The notes under the pieces: model-generated | What the model was told of the DNA's origin: nothing | What the model saw: only the letters and a program-made list of their open reading frames with translations | Databases searched by the model: none | DNA from: a virus | Length of the DNA: 61,492 nt | Strand: one strand, 5' to 3' | IMG/VR virus record: IMGVR_UViG_3300028786_000001 | Span: 1 to 61,492 of that record | Shown: piece by piece, positions 11,905 to 21,933 of the stretch | Numbering within the stretch: position 1 is the stretch's first letter | Layout: every line of letters starts with the position of its first letter | Position numbers and translations under genes: made by a program

Positions 11905-13077
11905 ATGTCTGAACACGCCTTACTGTCACCATCCGGTGCATCGCGCTGGTTAGCGTGTACACCTTCTGCACGACTCGAATTACTTTTCTCTGATACGGCG
12001 GGGACCGCTGCCGAAGAAGGTACACTTGCTCATGCTATAGCTGAACTAGTTATTAATCGTAAGCTCAATCGCGTCATTAAGAAGACCTATGACGCGCAAA
12101 TGAAGAAATTTGAAGCCCACCCTTTATATGGTGGTAAGGATATGCTTGACCACGTTGACGATTATGCTGGCTTCGTCATGGAACGATATAACGAAGCGTT
12201 AACCCGTAATAAAGATGCTGCTATCCACCTGGAAACAAGGCTTGATCTGACCAAATACATACCGGAAAGTTTCGGTACAGGCGATGTGAATATCATCAGT
12301 GACCGTATCCTCGATTTCGTCGATCTTAAGTACGGCAAGGGGGTAAAAGTCTCTGCACAAAAGAATAAACAGTTGATGATCTACGGACTTGGTTCGTATG
12401 AACGGTATTCCATGTTGTACGACATAGATATTGTTCGTATGACCATTCACCAGCCGCGCTTAGACCACATCGACACGTTCGAGATAGAAGTTGAAGAGCT
12501 ATTAGCCTGGGGCCGCGAGACCTTAATCCCTAAAGCACGATTGGCTTTCAATGGCGACGGCCCTTATGAACCCGGTGAGCACTGTCGGTTCTGTCGTGCC
12601 AAAACAACATGCAAGGCTAATGCAGATTATCAGTTAGAGCTAGCGCGTTTCGACTTTAAAGGCGCTGACTTATTAACCGATGAAGAGATCGTAGAGATTT
12701 ATCTACGATATGAGAACTTTACCAACTGGTTAGAAGGCGTTGCGGATTATGCATTGTCGGAAGCTGTTAAGGGTCGTGAATGGCCAGGGTTAAAGATCAT
12801 CGAAGGTAAATCTAACCGTCGATACAAGGATCAGGATGAAGTGAAAAAACTGCTCATTGAAAAGGGTTATGAATTGTCTGATATCTTGCAACCGGAAAAA
12901 CTGAAAGGCTTAACTGATATGCAAAAAGAGCTTGGTAAAGCAGATTTTAATCGCTATCTTACTGATCTCATTATTAAGCCTGCCGGTAAGCCTGCCTTGG
13001 TTTCTGCCGATGATCCGCGGCCCATTTACCGACCCGCTGAACAAGATTTTGCTGATCTTAAAATCGAAGACGAATGA
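11905..13077 (+). CDS. PD-(D/E)XK nuclease, DUF2800/Cas4-like family
   Basis: N-terminal LLSPSGASRWLACTPS, GTGDVNII..DLKYGKG..NKQLMIYGLG, and the C-terminal Cys cluster HCRFCRAKTTCKA. Typical partner of DUF2815 and PolA in phage replication modules. Confidence 0.75.
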   Translation: MSEHALLSPSGASRWLACTPSARLELLFSDTAGTAAEEGTLAHAIAELVINRKLNRVIKKTYDAQMKKFEAHPLYGGKDMLDHVDDYAGFVMERYNEALTRNKDAAIHLETRLDLTKYIPESFGTGDVNIISDRILDFVDLKYGKGVKVSAQKNKQLMIYGLGSYERYSMLYDIDIVRMTIHQPRLDHIDTFEIEVEELLAWGRETLIPKARLAFNGDGPYEPGEHCRFCRAKTTCKANADYQLELARFDFKGADLLTDEEIVEIYLRYENFTNWLEGVADYALSEAVKGREWPGLKIIEGKSNRRYKDQDEVKKLLIEKGYELSDILQPEKLKGLTDMQKELGKADFNRYLTDLIIKPAGKPALVSADDPRPIYRPAEQDFADLKIEDE

Positions 13078-13337
13078 AAGTCTTATGCATTGATACAGGC
13101 GATTGGGGCGCTGTTAGTGACAATCCGGTAACATTTAAACTTGTCGTAGGTGAAGCGTATACAGTATGTGATATTCTCCCTAAAGGTTTTTTGACGATGT
13201 ACGGACCTTTACCGATGGACTATTATATGCTTGCAGAAGCTGGACCAATTGATGTGTATGCAAGTTCTCTATTTATACCTTACTATGAAGACGAAGAAGA
13301 GGCCATTAAAGAAGAAACGGAAGTTGCGTATGCATAG
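13074..13337 (+). CDS. hypothetical protein (87 aa)
   Basis: ORF track; 4-nt overlap upstream. Confidence 0.5.
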   Translation: MKVLCIDTGDWGAVSDNPVTFKLVVGEAYTVCDILPKGFLTMYGPLPMDYYMLAEAGPIDVYASSLFIPYYEDEEEAIKEETEVAYA

Positions 13338-13430
13338 GTTACGGTCAATAACCGTTATACCTATCATAGAATTACAGCTTGAATTAATTCAGTGAATTAT
13401 TATTTTTAATATCGTAAAAACGTAAACAAG

Positions 13431-14006
13431 ATGGCAACGACAAACGCGAAAGTTGAAGACAAGACAAGGATCATGGTTGGTCCAGCAAGATTTTCTTACA
13501 TGAATGCATTTACTCCGCGTGCAGTTAATGACGGAGATAAGGAAGCATACAGTGTTACGCTGTTGATCCCGAAGACAGAAGTGGCGTTGATCAAAAAGAT
13601 CAAAGAAGGAATTGAGATCGCTACCGAAGCAGGCATTAAAAAGTTATGGAAAGGAGTCAAGCCCGGCCCTTCTGTATTTAAGTATCCACTGCATGACGGC
13701 GACGTAGAAAAGCCGGATCAGGAAGCCTATGCGGGCATGATGTTCGTGAATGCCAGGAACACGAAGAAGCCCGGTGTATTGATGCGTGTTGATAACAACA
13801 ACGTACCCGGTACAGAAGAAGCAGTGTATTCCGGTTCTTACGGTTATGCAACTGTACAATTCTTTCCTTTCGATAAGAAAGGCAAAGGTGTCGGCTGTTC
13901 TCTGCAAAACATTCTGAAGACTAAAGACGGTGAACGTTTGGCAGGCGGTGCATCGGCTGAAGAAGATTTTGCAGGCTTCGAAGAAGCCGGTGATGACATG
14001 CTGTAA
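13431..14006 (+). CDS. DUF2815-family single-stranded DNA-binding protein
   Basis: N-terminus RIMVGPARFSYMNAFTPRA, acidic tail EEDFAGFEEAGDDML, and its position after DUF2800. Confidence 0.7.
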   Translation: MATTNAKVEDKTRIMVGPARFSYMNAFTPRAVNDGDKEAYSVTLLIPKTEVALIKKIKEGIEIATEAGIKKLWKGVKPGPSVFKYPLHDGDVEKPDQEAYAGMMFVNARNTKKPGVLMRVDNNNVPGTEEAVYSGSYGYATVQFFPFDKKGKGVGCSLQNILKTKDGERLAGGASAEEDFAGFEEAGDDML

Positions 14007-14037
14007 TTTTTCCCATATATTGGTTTAGACATATGAC

Positions 14038-14069
14038 AGTCAGTGTATTTTTATACACTGACTATTTTA
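14038..14069 (+). terminator. intrinsic terminator after the SSB gene
   Basis: 11-bp stem AGTCAGTGTAT/ATACACTGACT followed by ATTTTAA. Confidence 0.6.
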
Positions 14070-14089
14070 ATCTTTAACTTTTTAATGAA

Positions 14090-14788
14090 ATGGAAGTAAA
14101 ATTAATTTCAATTACTGACAGTCTTATACAAGATGAAAATGACAGTAAATTAACTCCTGAACAGCTTATCGTTTATGTAGCGCGTGTAAGCAATCCCGGG
14201 AACCAAACCAATATGGAGACGGCAGATGGATTAATCCGCTTTCTCATACGTAACAAGCATTGGTCCCCTTTCGAACTTGTGGACGTGACAGTGGAAATCA
14301 AAACCTCTCGCGCTATCGCTCAACAAATTCTCCGGCATCGTTCTTTCAGCTTCCAGGAATTCAGTCAACGCTATGCCGCTGTAACTGATATGGAGCCTGT
14401 ACAGCTTCGGAAGCAGGCAGAGAAAAATCGGCAAAGTTCTACCGATGAATTTGATCCTTACATTAAAATGCCTTATAGATATGAGTTAGAAGGCGAACAA
14501 AAAGCATCCTTTTTTATCGAAGATCACATTAAACAGAGCGAAGATTTATATAAACGCCTTATTGATATGGGTGTAGCCAAAGAATGCGCCCGTATGATCT
14601 TGCCGCTTACTACACAAACGACGATCTATATGAAAGGGTCGGTGCGTTCGTGGATTCACTATTTTCAAATCCGATGTGACGAACATACGCAGTTAGAACA
14701 TCGAGAAATAGCAAATGCTATCCGTCAATTGTTCAATACCATTTTTCCTAACATATCAAAAGCCTTAAACGATGGAGATCAAAAATAA
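14090..14788 (+). CDS. thyX: FAD-dependent thymidylate synthase
   Basis: ThyX signature RHRSFSFQEFSQRY. Confidence 0.9.
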   Translation: MEVKLISITDSLIQDENDSKLTPEQLIVYVARVSNPGNQTNMETADGLIRFLIRNKHWSPFELVDVTVEIKTSRAIAQQILRHRSFSFQEFSQRYAAVTDMEPVQLRKQAEKNRQSSTDEFDPYIKMPYRYELEGEQKASFFIEDHIKQSEDLYKRLIDMGVAKECARMILPLTTQTTIYMKGSVRSWIHYFQIRCDEHTQLEHREIANAIRQLFNTIFPNISKALNDGDQK

Positions 14789-15716
14789 CAACCGATCTTT
14801 TACGATACCTACAGGAGATATTGTAACTTTTCATTTCAATGATAAAGGAGGTTTAGATTTACAGATAAAACTTCCTACCGGTCCTATTGCTTTCATCAAT
14901 GAATATTTGAGCCTTAGCCAACTAGAACAGTTGAAAGAATTATTATTAGAAGGCAAAGAGATAAAGGACTGTGTACCCACCTTTACAGTGGAAGCAATTA
15001 AGACGGCGCATTGGTGGAAGAAAGGAGAGCAATTTGAAGTGTATTTTTACGAAGCTGATTGGCCAAAAGAAGAAAAGAATGAGCGTGGTATTCAATTCGA
15101 TGGTAAAGGAACGCATTACCGAATAGTAGGGAAGAGAGATTTATTTATTCTGAAAAGTGATGTAAAAATAATTCCGAGATCGCAATATATTTCAAAGGAT
15201 TTTAATAATGTTGCGCCTGAAACGAAACTTGTAAAAATAGTTCGTTCGACCGATTCGAAATCGTGGTATTGCAATATGTTGCCTAGCGCTCATTATGTAT
15301 ACGTACATCGCAAAGACTGGCCTGAAGAAGCTAAAAATAAGTTTGATTCAGATTTTCAATATTTGCGTTACGGTACTTCTGAATTACAAGCTATTCTTAA
15401 ATCAGATTGCGCATATTCCATATTAGACCAGATGGATGTGATAGATCAACCCGTATTAACTAGCACTCCGTACAGCGATCCGGTTAATCACCCTTCGCAT
15501 TACACTGATGGCAAGATCGAAGTGATCGAATTCATTGAAGATAAAAAGCTCGATTTCTTATTAGGGAATGCAGTAAAATACATTTCCCGCGCTGGCAAGA
15601 AAGACAAAGCTAAGGAGATCGAAGATTTGGAAAAAGCAATGTGGTATCTCAAACGTAAAATTGAAAATGCAAAAGCCGATAAAGAATATACAACGGGAAG
15701 CAATTTGTACGCATGA
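14772..15716 (+). CDS. DUF3310-domain protein
   Basis: C-terminal NHPSHYTDGKIEVIEFIEDKKLDFLLGNAVKYISRAGKKD..DLEKAMWYL matches the DUF3310 pattern. Confidence 0.6.
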   Translation: MEIKNNNRSFTIPTGDIVTFHFNDKGGLDLQIKLPTGPIAFINEYLSLSQLEQLKELLLEGKEIKDCVPTFTVEAIKTAHWWKKGEQFEVYFYEADWPKEEKNERGIQFDGKGTHYRIVGKRDLFILKSDVKIIPRSQYISKDFNNVAPETKLVKIVRSTDSKSWYCNMLPSAHYVYVHRKDWPEEAKNKFDSDFQYLRYGTSELQAILKSDCAYSILDQMDVIDQPVLTSTPYSDPVNHPSHYTDGKIEVIEFIEDKKLDFLLGNAVKYISRAGKKDKAKEIEDLEKAMWYLKRKIENAKADKEYTTGSNLYA

Positions 15717-16046
15717 GTTTGCTAATGATATAGGCTATTCCGCACTGATCAATCAGATGTGGAATAGCCTTATTTTTGAAGGTGTCCGTTATGAACCTGC
15801 TTTATATTTCTTTACCTTTGAAGCTGATCAGGAATTTTTACGATCCTATTTATGCTGAATGCGATTTGCAGGAAATGAATGCTGTTACAAAAGTAATGAT
15901 CGATTTAAATCCGCACTTAGAGTTATCAGCACCTAAGCAAGCATATAACGGCGATCAATTTGTACGTAATAAAGTTACGCTTATGTTCGATTTTAAAATC
16001 CTTTACGTTCAACTTTCCGAAGAAAATCAATTCAATTACACCTGGA

Positions 16047-18029
16047 ATGTTCACTAGCACCCTTAATATAGATATTGAAACCTTCAGTGATCACGATCTT
16101 AAGAAATGCGGCCTCTACAAATACGCGGCATCCCCTGCCTTCCGCATCCTTATCTTCAGCTATTCTATTAACGGCGGCTATGTGGATCGAATAGACATGA
16201 CGAAAGAAGAGTTACCGGATAGTCTTATAGCCTTGATCAAAGATTCAACTTGTAAAAAGATAGCCTGGAATGCGATGTTTGAACGGACTTGTATTGGTGC
16301 TTATCTTGGCTGCACCTTAGACCCTGCTCAATGGGAATGTACGATGATCAAAGCATCGATGCTAGGACTGCCTATGTCGTTGGAAGATGCAGGTATAGCG
16401 CTTAACACGGATACAAAGAAAGCAGCAGTAGGTAAGCAATTGATCCGGGTGTTTTCTATCCCCTGTAAACCGACCAAGGCTAACGGTATGCGTACGCGCA
16501 ATCTGCCTCAACACTTTCCCGAAAAGTGGGAACAATATATGGATTATTGTGATCAGGACGTTTGGACTGAAATGTCAATCGGTAAGCGTATAGACTTTTT
16601 TGAAATTCCTGAACGGGAAAGAAGACTATACATACTTGATCAGCAGATCAATGATAGAGGTATATTAGTTGATCCAATACTTATTCGAAATGCAATACAC
16701 CATAGCAAAATCTTTACTGAAAAACTTATCGAGGAAGCCAAGTTGCTTACAGGTTTACAAAATCCTAAAAGCGTCAAACAGCTACGCGAGTGGTTGGAGA
16801 TTGAGATCGATGAAACAGTACCTACCCTGGGAAAAGAGGCTGTACATGAACTTATCAAGACGTGCGATAATCAAACAGTCAAACGAGTTCTACAAATCCG
16901 CCAACAGATCAGCAAAACGTCGATAAAGAAATACGACGCAATGTTAAATATGATGATGGACGATTGTCGTATCCGTGGCCTATTCCAATTCTACGGGGCA
17001 CGTACGGGACGATGGGCGGGGCGTGGGGTTCAAGTGCACAATCTTTATAAGAACGATCTCCCTGACCTGGAAGCCCTTCGGCAGCTTGAATTAGAAGGCG
17101 AATTTGACTTGATCGATATGGCCTATGATACTCCTGAAGCCTTGGCACAATTGATCCGTACGGCGCTTATAGCGAGCCCGAACAACGAATTAGGCATGTC
17201 GGACTTCTCCGCTATTGAAGCCAGGGTATTAGCGTGGTTAGCGGGGGAGAAATGGAAGCTGGAAGTATTTAATAGTCATGGCAAGATATATGAAGCTACT
17301 GGTGCCAATATGTTTAAGGTGCCAATCGAAGCTGTTACCAAAACTTCTAAGTATAGAGCGCGTGCTAAAGTAGCCGAGCTGGCCTGTGGCTATCAGGGCG
17401 GAGAAGGTGCATTGAAAAGAATGGGAGCGGAGAAAATGGGAATGGACTTAAAGGAACTTCCGGATATCGTCGGTAAGTGGCGCGATGCTAATAAGAACAT
17501 CGTTAAATTTTGGTATGCTGTAGAAGATTGTGCAGTAGAAGCAGTGAAGACTGGAAAAGTAGTAACGCTTCGTAATCTGAAGTTCTACATGAATAAAGGC
17601 GTACTACATATAACGCTTCCATCTGGCCGTAATCTATCCTATCTTAAGCCTATCGTTAAAATGTCTACGATCAAGTCGAAGAAGACAGGGAATGAATTCA
17701 CAAAAGAAGTATTATGCTGTCACACGGTTGATCCGAAAACAAGGCGATTTATTGAGACTCCTTTATATGGCGGCTTGTTAGTTGAGAACATAGTTCAGGC
17801 CACTAGCCGGGATATACTAGGCGAGAAAATGCTTGCTGTCGATGCAGCGGGTTTTCTTATCGTGCTGCATGTGCATGATGAAATAGGCTGTGATATGAGT
17901 GATGAACCGTACGGGCTTGATATCAATTTAGAAATGTTTAATGATATCATGAAAGCACCTTTGCCGTGGACAACTGGCTTACCTTTAAATGCTGATACAA
18001 CTTCTTCATTTTTTTATCGTAAAGACTAA
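16047..18029 (+). CDS. family A DNA polymerase with 3'-5' exonuclease domain
   Basis: Exo I NIDIETFS, polymerase motifs MSDFSAIEARVLAWLAG, AKVAELACGYQGG, VLHVHDEI. Start trimmed to the ATG at 16047 (track start is TTG). Confidence 0.85.
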   Translation: MFTSTLNIDIETFSDHDLKKCGLYKYAASPAFRILIFSYSINGGYVDRIDMTKEELPDSLIALIKDSTCKKIAWNAMFERTCIGAYLGCTLDPAQWECTMIKASMLGLPMSLEDAGIALNTDTKKAAVGKQLIRVFSIPCKPTKANGMRTRNLPQHFPEKWEQYMDYCDQDVWTEMSIGKRIDFFEIPERERRLYILDQQINDRGILVDPILIRNAIHHSKIFTEKLIEEAKLLTGLQNPKSVKQLREWLEIEIDETVPTLGKEAVHELIKTCDNQTVKRVLQIRQQISKTSIKKYDAMLNMMMDDCRIRGLFQFYGARTGRWAGRGVQVHNLYKNDLPDLEALRQLELEGEFDLIDMAYDTPEALAQLIRTALIASPNNELGMSDFSAIEARVLAWLAGEKWKLEVFNSHGKIYEATGANMFKVPIEAVTKTSKYRARAKVAELACGYQGGEGALKRMGAEKMGMDLKELPDIVGKWRDANKNIVKFWYAVEDCAVEAVKTGKVVTLRNLKFYMNKGVLHITLPSGRNLSYLKPIVKMSTIKSKKTGNEFTKEVLCCHTVDPKTRRFIETPLYGGLLVENIVQATSRDILGEKMLAVDAAGFLIVLHVHDEIGCDMSDEPYGLDINLEMFNDIMKAPLPWTTGLPLNADTTSSFFYRKD

Positions 18030-18128
18030 TTTATATGATAATTCAATTCGATGTAGAAGATTCGTATTCACGATATACAAAATGCTATAGCTGCACGATC
18101 TACTTTCAGAATGCTAAATAGTTAAACA

Positions 18129-18602
18129 ATGAAAAATAAAATAGATTATGTTCTAGGCTTCGCTTTCAACAGCGATATTTCTCAAATACTGCTGATCCGC
18201 AAGAACCGGCCTGATTGGCAAAAAGGTAAATATAATGGAGTAGGTGGTAAAATATTAGACAGTGAAAAAGGTAAAACGTCTAATGTAGCAATGGTACGTG
18301 AATTTGAAGAAGAGACCGGCCTTAGAACTCGTTTATCTCAATGGACTATATGTGCTAATTTATGGGGTAATGGTCATAATGATATGATCGATACCGATTG
18401 GTACATGGATGTATTTGCTATCAAATTATCTGATGGTGAATTTGCACAAGCTATCTCTATGACAGATGAACTTATCATGCGTTTTAATGTAGCTGATCTT
18501 CCTATGTTCCACTGTATATCTAATCTCGCATGTCTTATTCCTATAGCTAAAGCTACTCTAAATAATGAGATAGATTATAACCTTCTACTTAGCTTAAAAT
18601 AA
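18129..18602 (+). CDS. Nudix hydrolase
   Basis: Nudix box GGKILDSEKGKTSNVAMVREFEEETGL. Confidence 0.8.
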   Translation: MKNKIDYVLGFAFNSDISQILLIRKNRPDWQKGKYNGVGGKILDSEKGKTSNVAMVREFEEETGLRTRLSQWTICANLWGNGHNDMIDTDWYMDVFAIKLSDGEFAQAISMTDELIMRFNVADLPMFHCISNLACLIPIAKATLNNEIDYNLLLSLK

Positions 18603-18645
18603 TTGTCAAAATACTTTGACAATTAAAATATAACCCCTATCTTCG
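18603..18645 (+). promoter_or_regulatory. rightward promoter with palindromic operator
   Basis: TTGTCAAAATACTTTGACAA (18603-18622), 19-nt spacer, then TATCTTCG (18638-18645); ATG at 18650. Confidence 0.65.
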
Positions 18646-18649
18646 ATCT

Positions 18650-18931
18650 ATGCGAAAAATATACAAGTATCCGCTTGAAATAACGGATACGCAAATAGTG
18701 ATGTTACCATTAGGTACGATCCTATCCGTAATGGAGCAAAATAATAAGATCGTCTTATATGCACTGGTTGATCCCAATGCTAAACCCGTAGATCATATTA
18801 TCGACATGTATGGAACAGGACATGAAGTACCTGACTTTGATGACGGCTTACCTTTCCCACAAGAACGGCGATTTATCGGCGCTGTTCCTATGACTACAGG
18901 ATTGGTATTTCATATATTCGAACGCATATGA
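18650..18931 (+). CDS. hypothetical protein (93 aa)
   Basis: ORF track. Confidence 0.55.
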   Translation: MRKIYKYPLEITDTQIVMLPLGTILSVMEQNNKIVLYALVDPNAKPVDHIIDMYGTGHEVPDFDDGLPFPQERRFIGAVPMTTGLVFHIFERI

Positions 18932-19110
18932 AATGGCCTTTCATCATAGCAGAGATAGCTGGTGTAATTATCACATTTATTAGGATGATGCGCGTATGCG
19001 TATTTATATTTGCACTTAACAATGTATGCACTGATATTCTTGGCTTTTTCATTTTCATTCTCACTATTGCCATATTAGTTTATTACTCCTATAATCGCCT
19101 AAACAAATGA
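18928..19110 (+). CDS. small membrane protein (60 aa)
   Basis: Two hydrophobic segments; overlaps neighbours by 4 nt. Confidence 0.5.
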   Translation: MKWPFIIAEIAGVIITFIRMMRVCVFIFALNNVCTDILGFFIFILTIAILVYYSYNRLNK

Positions 19111-19280
19111 CCCATAAAATACTGTCGTTTATCTGCTTTGTTATAAGCATAGGTATGGTAGTATTATACATTATATACTATCGACGTGAAAAATTCACTG
19201 TGGAAACTTTTCTATTAGCTGTCTGCGTTATACTAGTGTATGCAGCTTTAGGGTATGGGGTATTCACCTGGAAAAAATAA
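19107..19280 (+). CDS. small membrane protein (57 aa)
   Basis: Own translation MTHKILSFICFVISIGMVVLYIIYY...; ATGA overlap with the previous stop. Confidence 0.4.
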   Translation: MTHKILSFICFVISIGMVVLYIIYYRREKFTVETFLLAVCVILVYAALGYGVFTWKK

Positions 19281-19282
19281 GT

Positions 19283-19474
19283 ATGACTACGGAAGAGTAT
19301 AGGAAATTTAAGAAGCGGCAGTACATGGCTAAGTGGAGAAAAGATAACCCGTTGAAATACCAATACGATTATCTTAAGCGTTTTGGCATGTGGAAAGGTC
19401 AGCCATTCAATTATACTTTTGAAGAGTTTGAATCAATTAAGGGTGGAGAAGTCAATACAAAAACTATAAAATAG
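19283..19474 (+). CDS. hypothetical protein (63 aa)
   Basis: ORF track. Confidence 0.5.
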   Translation: MTTEEYRKFKKRQYMAKWRKDNPLKYQYDYLKRFGMWKGQPFNYTFEEFESIKGGEVNTKTIK

Positions 19475-19767
19475 TGGAAGATAAAAATGCCATCAACAGT
19501 TATATCTGTGAACATCTACATGAAACTTTCACTATTAATCTGCATGCCGGTGTAACTCCTTTCACCATTTCATGTCCGCAATGTGGTTATCTCGCTTATT
19601 CATCTATGTATAAAATAAAAATAGATCGTAATACATGGGATTCGATATCCCATGTCTGGTATAAACCAACTTGGTTTGAAAGACTATTCCTTATTAGCCT
19701 ACAAGAAAGGCAGCACGTGAAACAAGGTGGTTTACTTCTTTACAAAATGCCTGATAAAAAGAAATGA
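19474..19767 (+). CDS. hypothetical zinc-finger-like protein (97 aa)
   Basis: CEHLH...CPQCG; GTG start overlaps the previous stop. Confidence 0.45.
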   Translation: MEDKNAINSYICEHLHETFTINLHAGVTPFTISCPQCGYLAYSSMYKIKIDRNTWDSISHVWYKPTWFERLFLISLQERQHVKQGGLLLYKMPDKKK

Positions 19768-20330
19768 AATACACAATTATAATAGCGCTATTACTGTCTG
19801 CTATATTCAGTAGTGCACAAGAGATCGTACAGCCTCACGGACAAGGGTATCCAACACCTGCTAATATATTCCATTGGGATAATGCGCCTACTGAAATGAC
19901 AGTGGAACAAATGCGAGCTATCCCTTATCTCGCTATTGGTTCTATAGATTGTGTTGATAGCACAAACCACACTTTAACTTTTCAGTTACTCAGTCTGTCA
20001 CCGTTTGTTTTACACGTCGATACTTTTTATTTCAGCGTAAACTATAGTGGAAAACCACTTAGGGTTGGCTATTCTGAATCGACGCAAACTAGCCCGAAGG
20101 CATTCATTACGCAAGATCATCCCTTAACCTTACGCGTTAACTTATCTCAACAAGCCATCGCTAAATACTACACGAACAGCCTGGATATATCCGCAAAATT
20201 TACTTATGTTAATCCAGCCAATGGAGTTAAACGTTATTATTACTTCCGTCTTATTTTAGCTCCTACGGAAGTTAACCGGATAAAGAGATGCATTGAGAAC
20301 GAAAATACTTACGAAAATTCTTTACGCTAA
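19764..20330 (+). CDS. secreted protein (188 aa)
   Basis: Signal peptide MKYTIIIALLLSAIFSSAQ. Confidence 0.55.
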   Translation: MKYTIIIALLLSAIFSSAQEIVQPHGQGYPTPANIFHWDNAPTEMTVEQMRAIPYLAIGSIDCVDSTNHTLTFQLLSLSPFVLHVDTFYFSVNYSGKPLRVGYSESTQTSPKAFITQDHPLTLRVNLSQQAIAKYYTNSLDISAKFTYVNPANGVKRYYYFRLILAPTEVNRIKRCIENENTYENSLR

Positions 20331-20608
20331 TGCAACCATACAAAACACCGCAAAGTAGGAAGAAGATATACCAGGGTCTAATAGCTGCTATTGATCTAGG
20401 CATGCGCTTTCATCTATGCAGCCAACTTGCTTTTATCACTAAAAGGAAAGTATATACCGTTATGAACTACTTCCCGGAATTACAACAGCAAGAACCGACA
20501 CGTCATAATAAATATGACTTCGGATGGTGCAAGAAAGACCGGAAAGGTATGGCTGAACGTCGGCAGATGCTCAAACGTGCTATCACTTTATGTAATAAAA
20601 AGAAATAG
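20330..20608 (+). CDS. hypothetical protein (92 aa), paralogue of 8586..8894
   Basis: Shared C-terminus ...RAITLCNKKK and similar length. Confidence 0.55.
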   Translation: MQPYKTPQSRKKIYQGLIAAIDLGMRFHLCSQLAFITKRKVYTVMNYFPELQQQEPTRHNKYDFGWCKKDRKGMAERRQMLKRAITLCNKKK

Positions 20609-20718
20609 ATGCGTAAAATTCTCTCGAAATACGTAGAACTAATTGTTATCATTGCAATCATTATTGCAGTAGTAACAATTACGTGGCATGAGTTGAATAA
20701 ACAATTAAAATAAAATAG

Positions 20719-20973
20719 ATGCCTAAAATAATTACAGAAGTAAACGCTACTATTTATTTGGAATTGACCGAAGGTGAAGCCGGTGCTTTACAGGCAATAG
20801 TTGGTTATGGTCCTGATGAATTTCTTAAATGGTTTGAAAGGAATTTAGGCAAACATTATATAGCACCATATCGGGATAGTGTTAAAAGTTTGTTCATTAA
20901 AGCCAGGAAATTAGAAACAGCAGTAAATCAATTAAAGGAGGCCAAAAAACAAATAAGAGTAATTGAATGTTAG
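20719..20973 (+). CDS. hypothetical protein (84 aa)
   Basis: ORF track. Confidence 0.5.
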   Translation: MPKIITEVNATIYLELTEGEAGALQAIVGYGPDEFLKWFERNLGKHYIAPYRDSVKSLFIKARKLETAVNQLKEAKKQIRVIEC

Positions 20974-21003
20974 TTGTCACTTTATATAATAAAAAGAAAT
21001 AGA

Positions 21004-21261
21004 ATGGACGAACAATCAAAATATGAAGCATCTAAAAAATTAGCTGCTTTATTAATTAGTAAAGGCTTTAAAGAACAACCAGACGAAGCAGCCGGAAGGA
21101 TAATTACAATAGGTGAAACTGAAAACGAAGGCAGCATATACTTCCTTTCTTATTACGGTCGCTTGGATATCGGATTTACAGGTAATAAAATATATTGGGT
21201 TCATAGCTTAGAAGAGATTAATGAAAAATTACGTTTACACGGTATAAAAGAAATTATATGA
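21004..21261 (+). CDS. hypothetical protein (85 aa)
   Basis: ORF track trimmed to the ATG at 21004 (track start is TTG). Confidence 0.5.
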   Translation: MDEQSKYEASKKLAALLISKGFKEQPDEAAGRIITIGETENEGSIYFLSYYGRLDIGFTGNKIYWVHSLEEINEKLRLHGIKEII

Positions 21262-21509
21262 ATTGGATAAAAGTTAGTGAACAACTTCCGGCATGTACAG
21301 AACCTTTCATGGTTTATAACGATGATAATATTACCCGGCAAATAGCCTGGGAAAATGATCATGTTTTTGTATTAGCTTTCGACTCTGAAAAAGGAATAGT
21401 GAAAGCTAAATTCGATAGAAATTATAGATGGGCTGAAGTATCTTCGATCTCTATATCTCCGTTAAATCCCACGCACTGGATGCCTTTACCTGAACCGCCT
21501 AAAGAATAA
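21258..21509 (+). CDS. DUF551-like protein
   Basis: WIKVSEQLP ... HWMPLPEPP, the typical DUF551 ends. Confidence 0.5.
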   Translation: MNWIKVSEQLPACTEPFMVYNDDNITRQIAWENDHVFVLAFDSEKGIVKAKFDRNYRWAEVSSISISPLNPTHWMPLPEPPKE

Positions 21510-21625
21510 TCTATGTATAATTTTACTTTCAGTATAGAGCAATTGCTCCATTTCGTATTATGTATAATTGGTACATGGATTTGTATGTATGCACTCGGAT
21601 ACATCGATGGTTTAAATAATAAAAA

Positions 21626-21835
21626 ATGATTGAAAAACTTGACCAGATATACGGCATTAAAATTAGCTTCACCTTATGGTTTGCACTCGATGTTATTCTC
21701 ATCTTCATCTTAGTTATTATCGTCACCTTAGCCATGGCCTATTACTCCGGGTACAAAGCGGCATCGAAGAAATGGGATAACACTCTGTTCGCTGATAAGC
21801 CTACCGATCCTGTAGACAAAGAAGATATCAAATAA
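21626..21835 (+). CDS. small membrane protein (69 aa)
   Basis: TM helix FALDVILIFILVIIVTLAMAYY. Confidence 0.5.
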   Translation: MIEKLDQIYGIKISFTLWFALDVILIFILVIIVTLAMAYYSGYKAASKKWDNTLFADKPTDPVDKEDIK

Positions 21836-21933
21836 TCTGCTCAGTATCAATATACCTGCTTATAATTTTCTCCGTCTTATCCTTTGAAGTGTAATAACCT
21901 TCTCTTAACTTCATTGGTTCAATATCTTTATTA

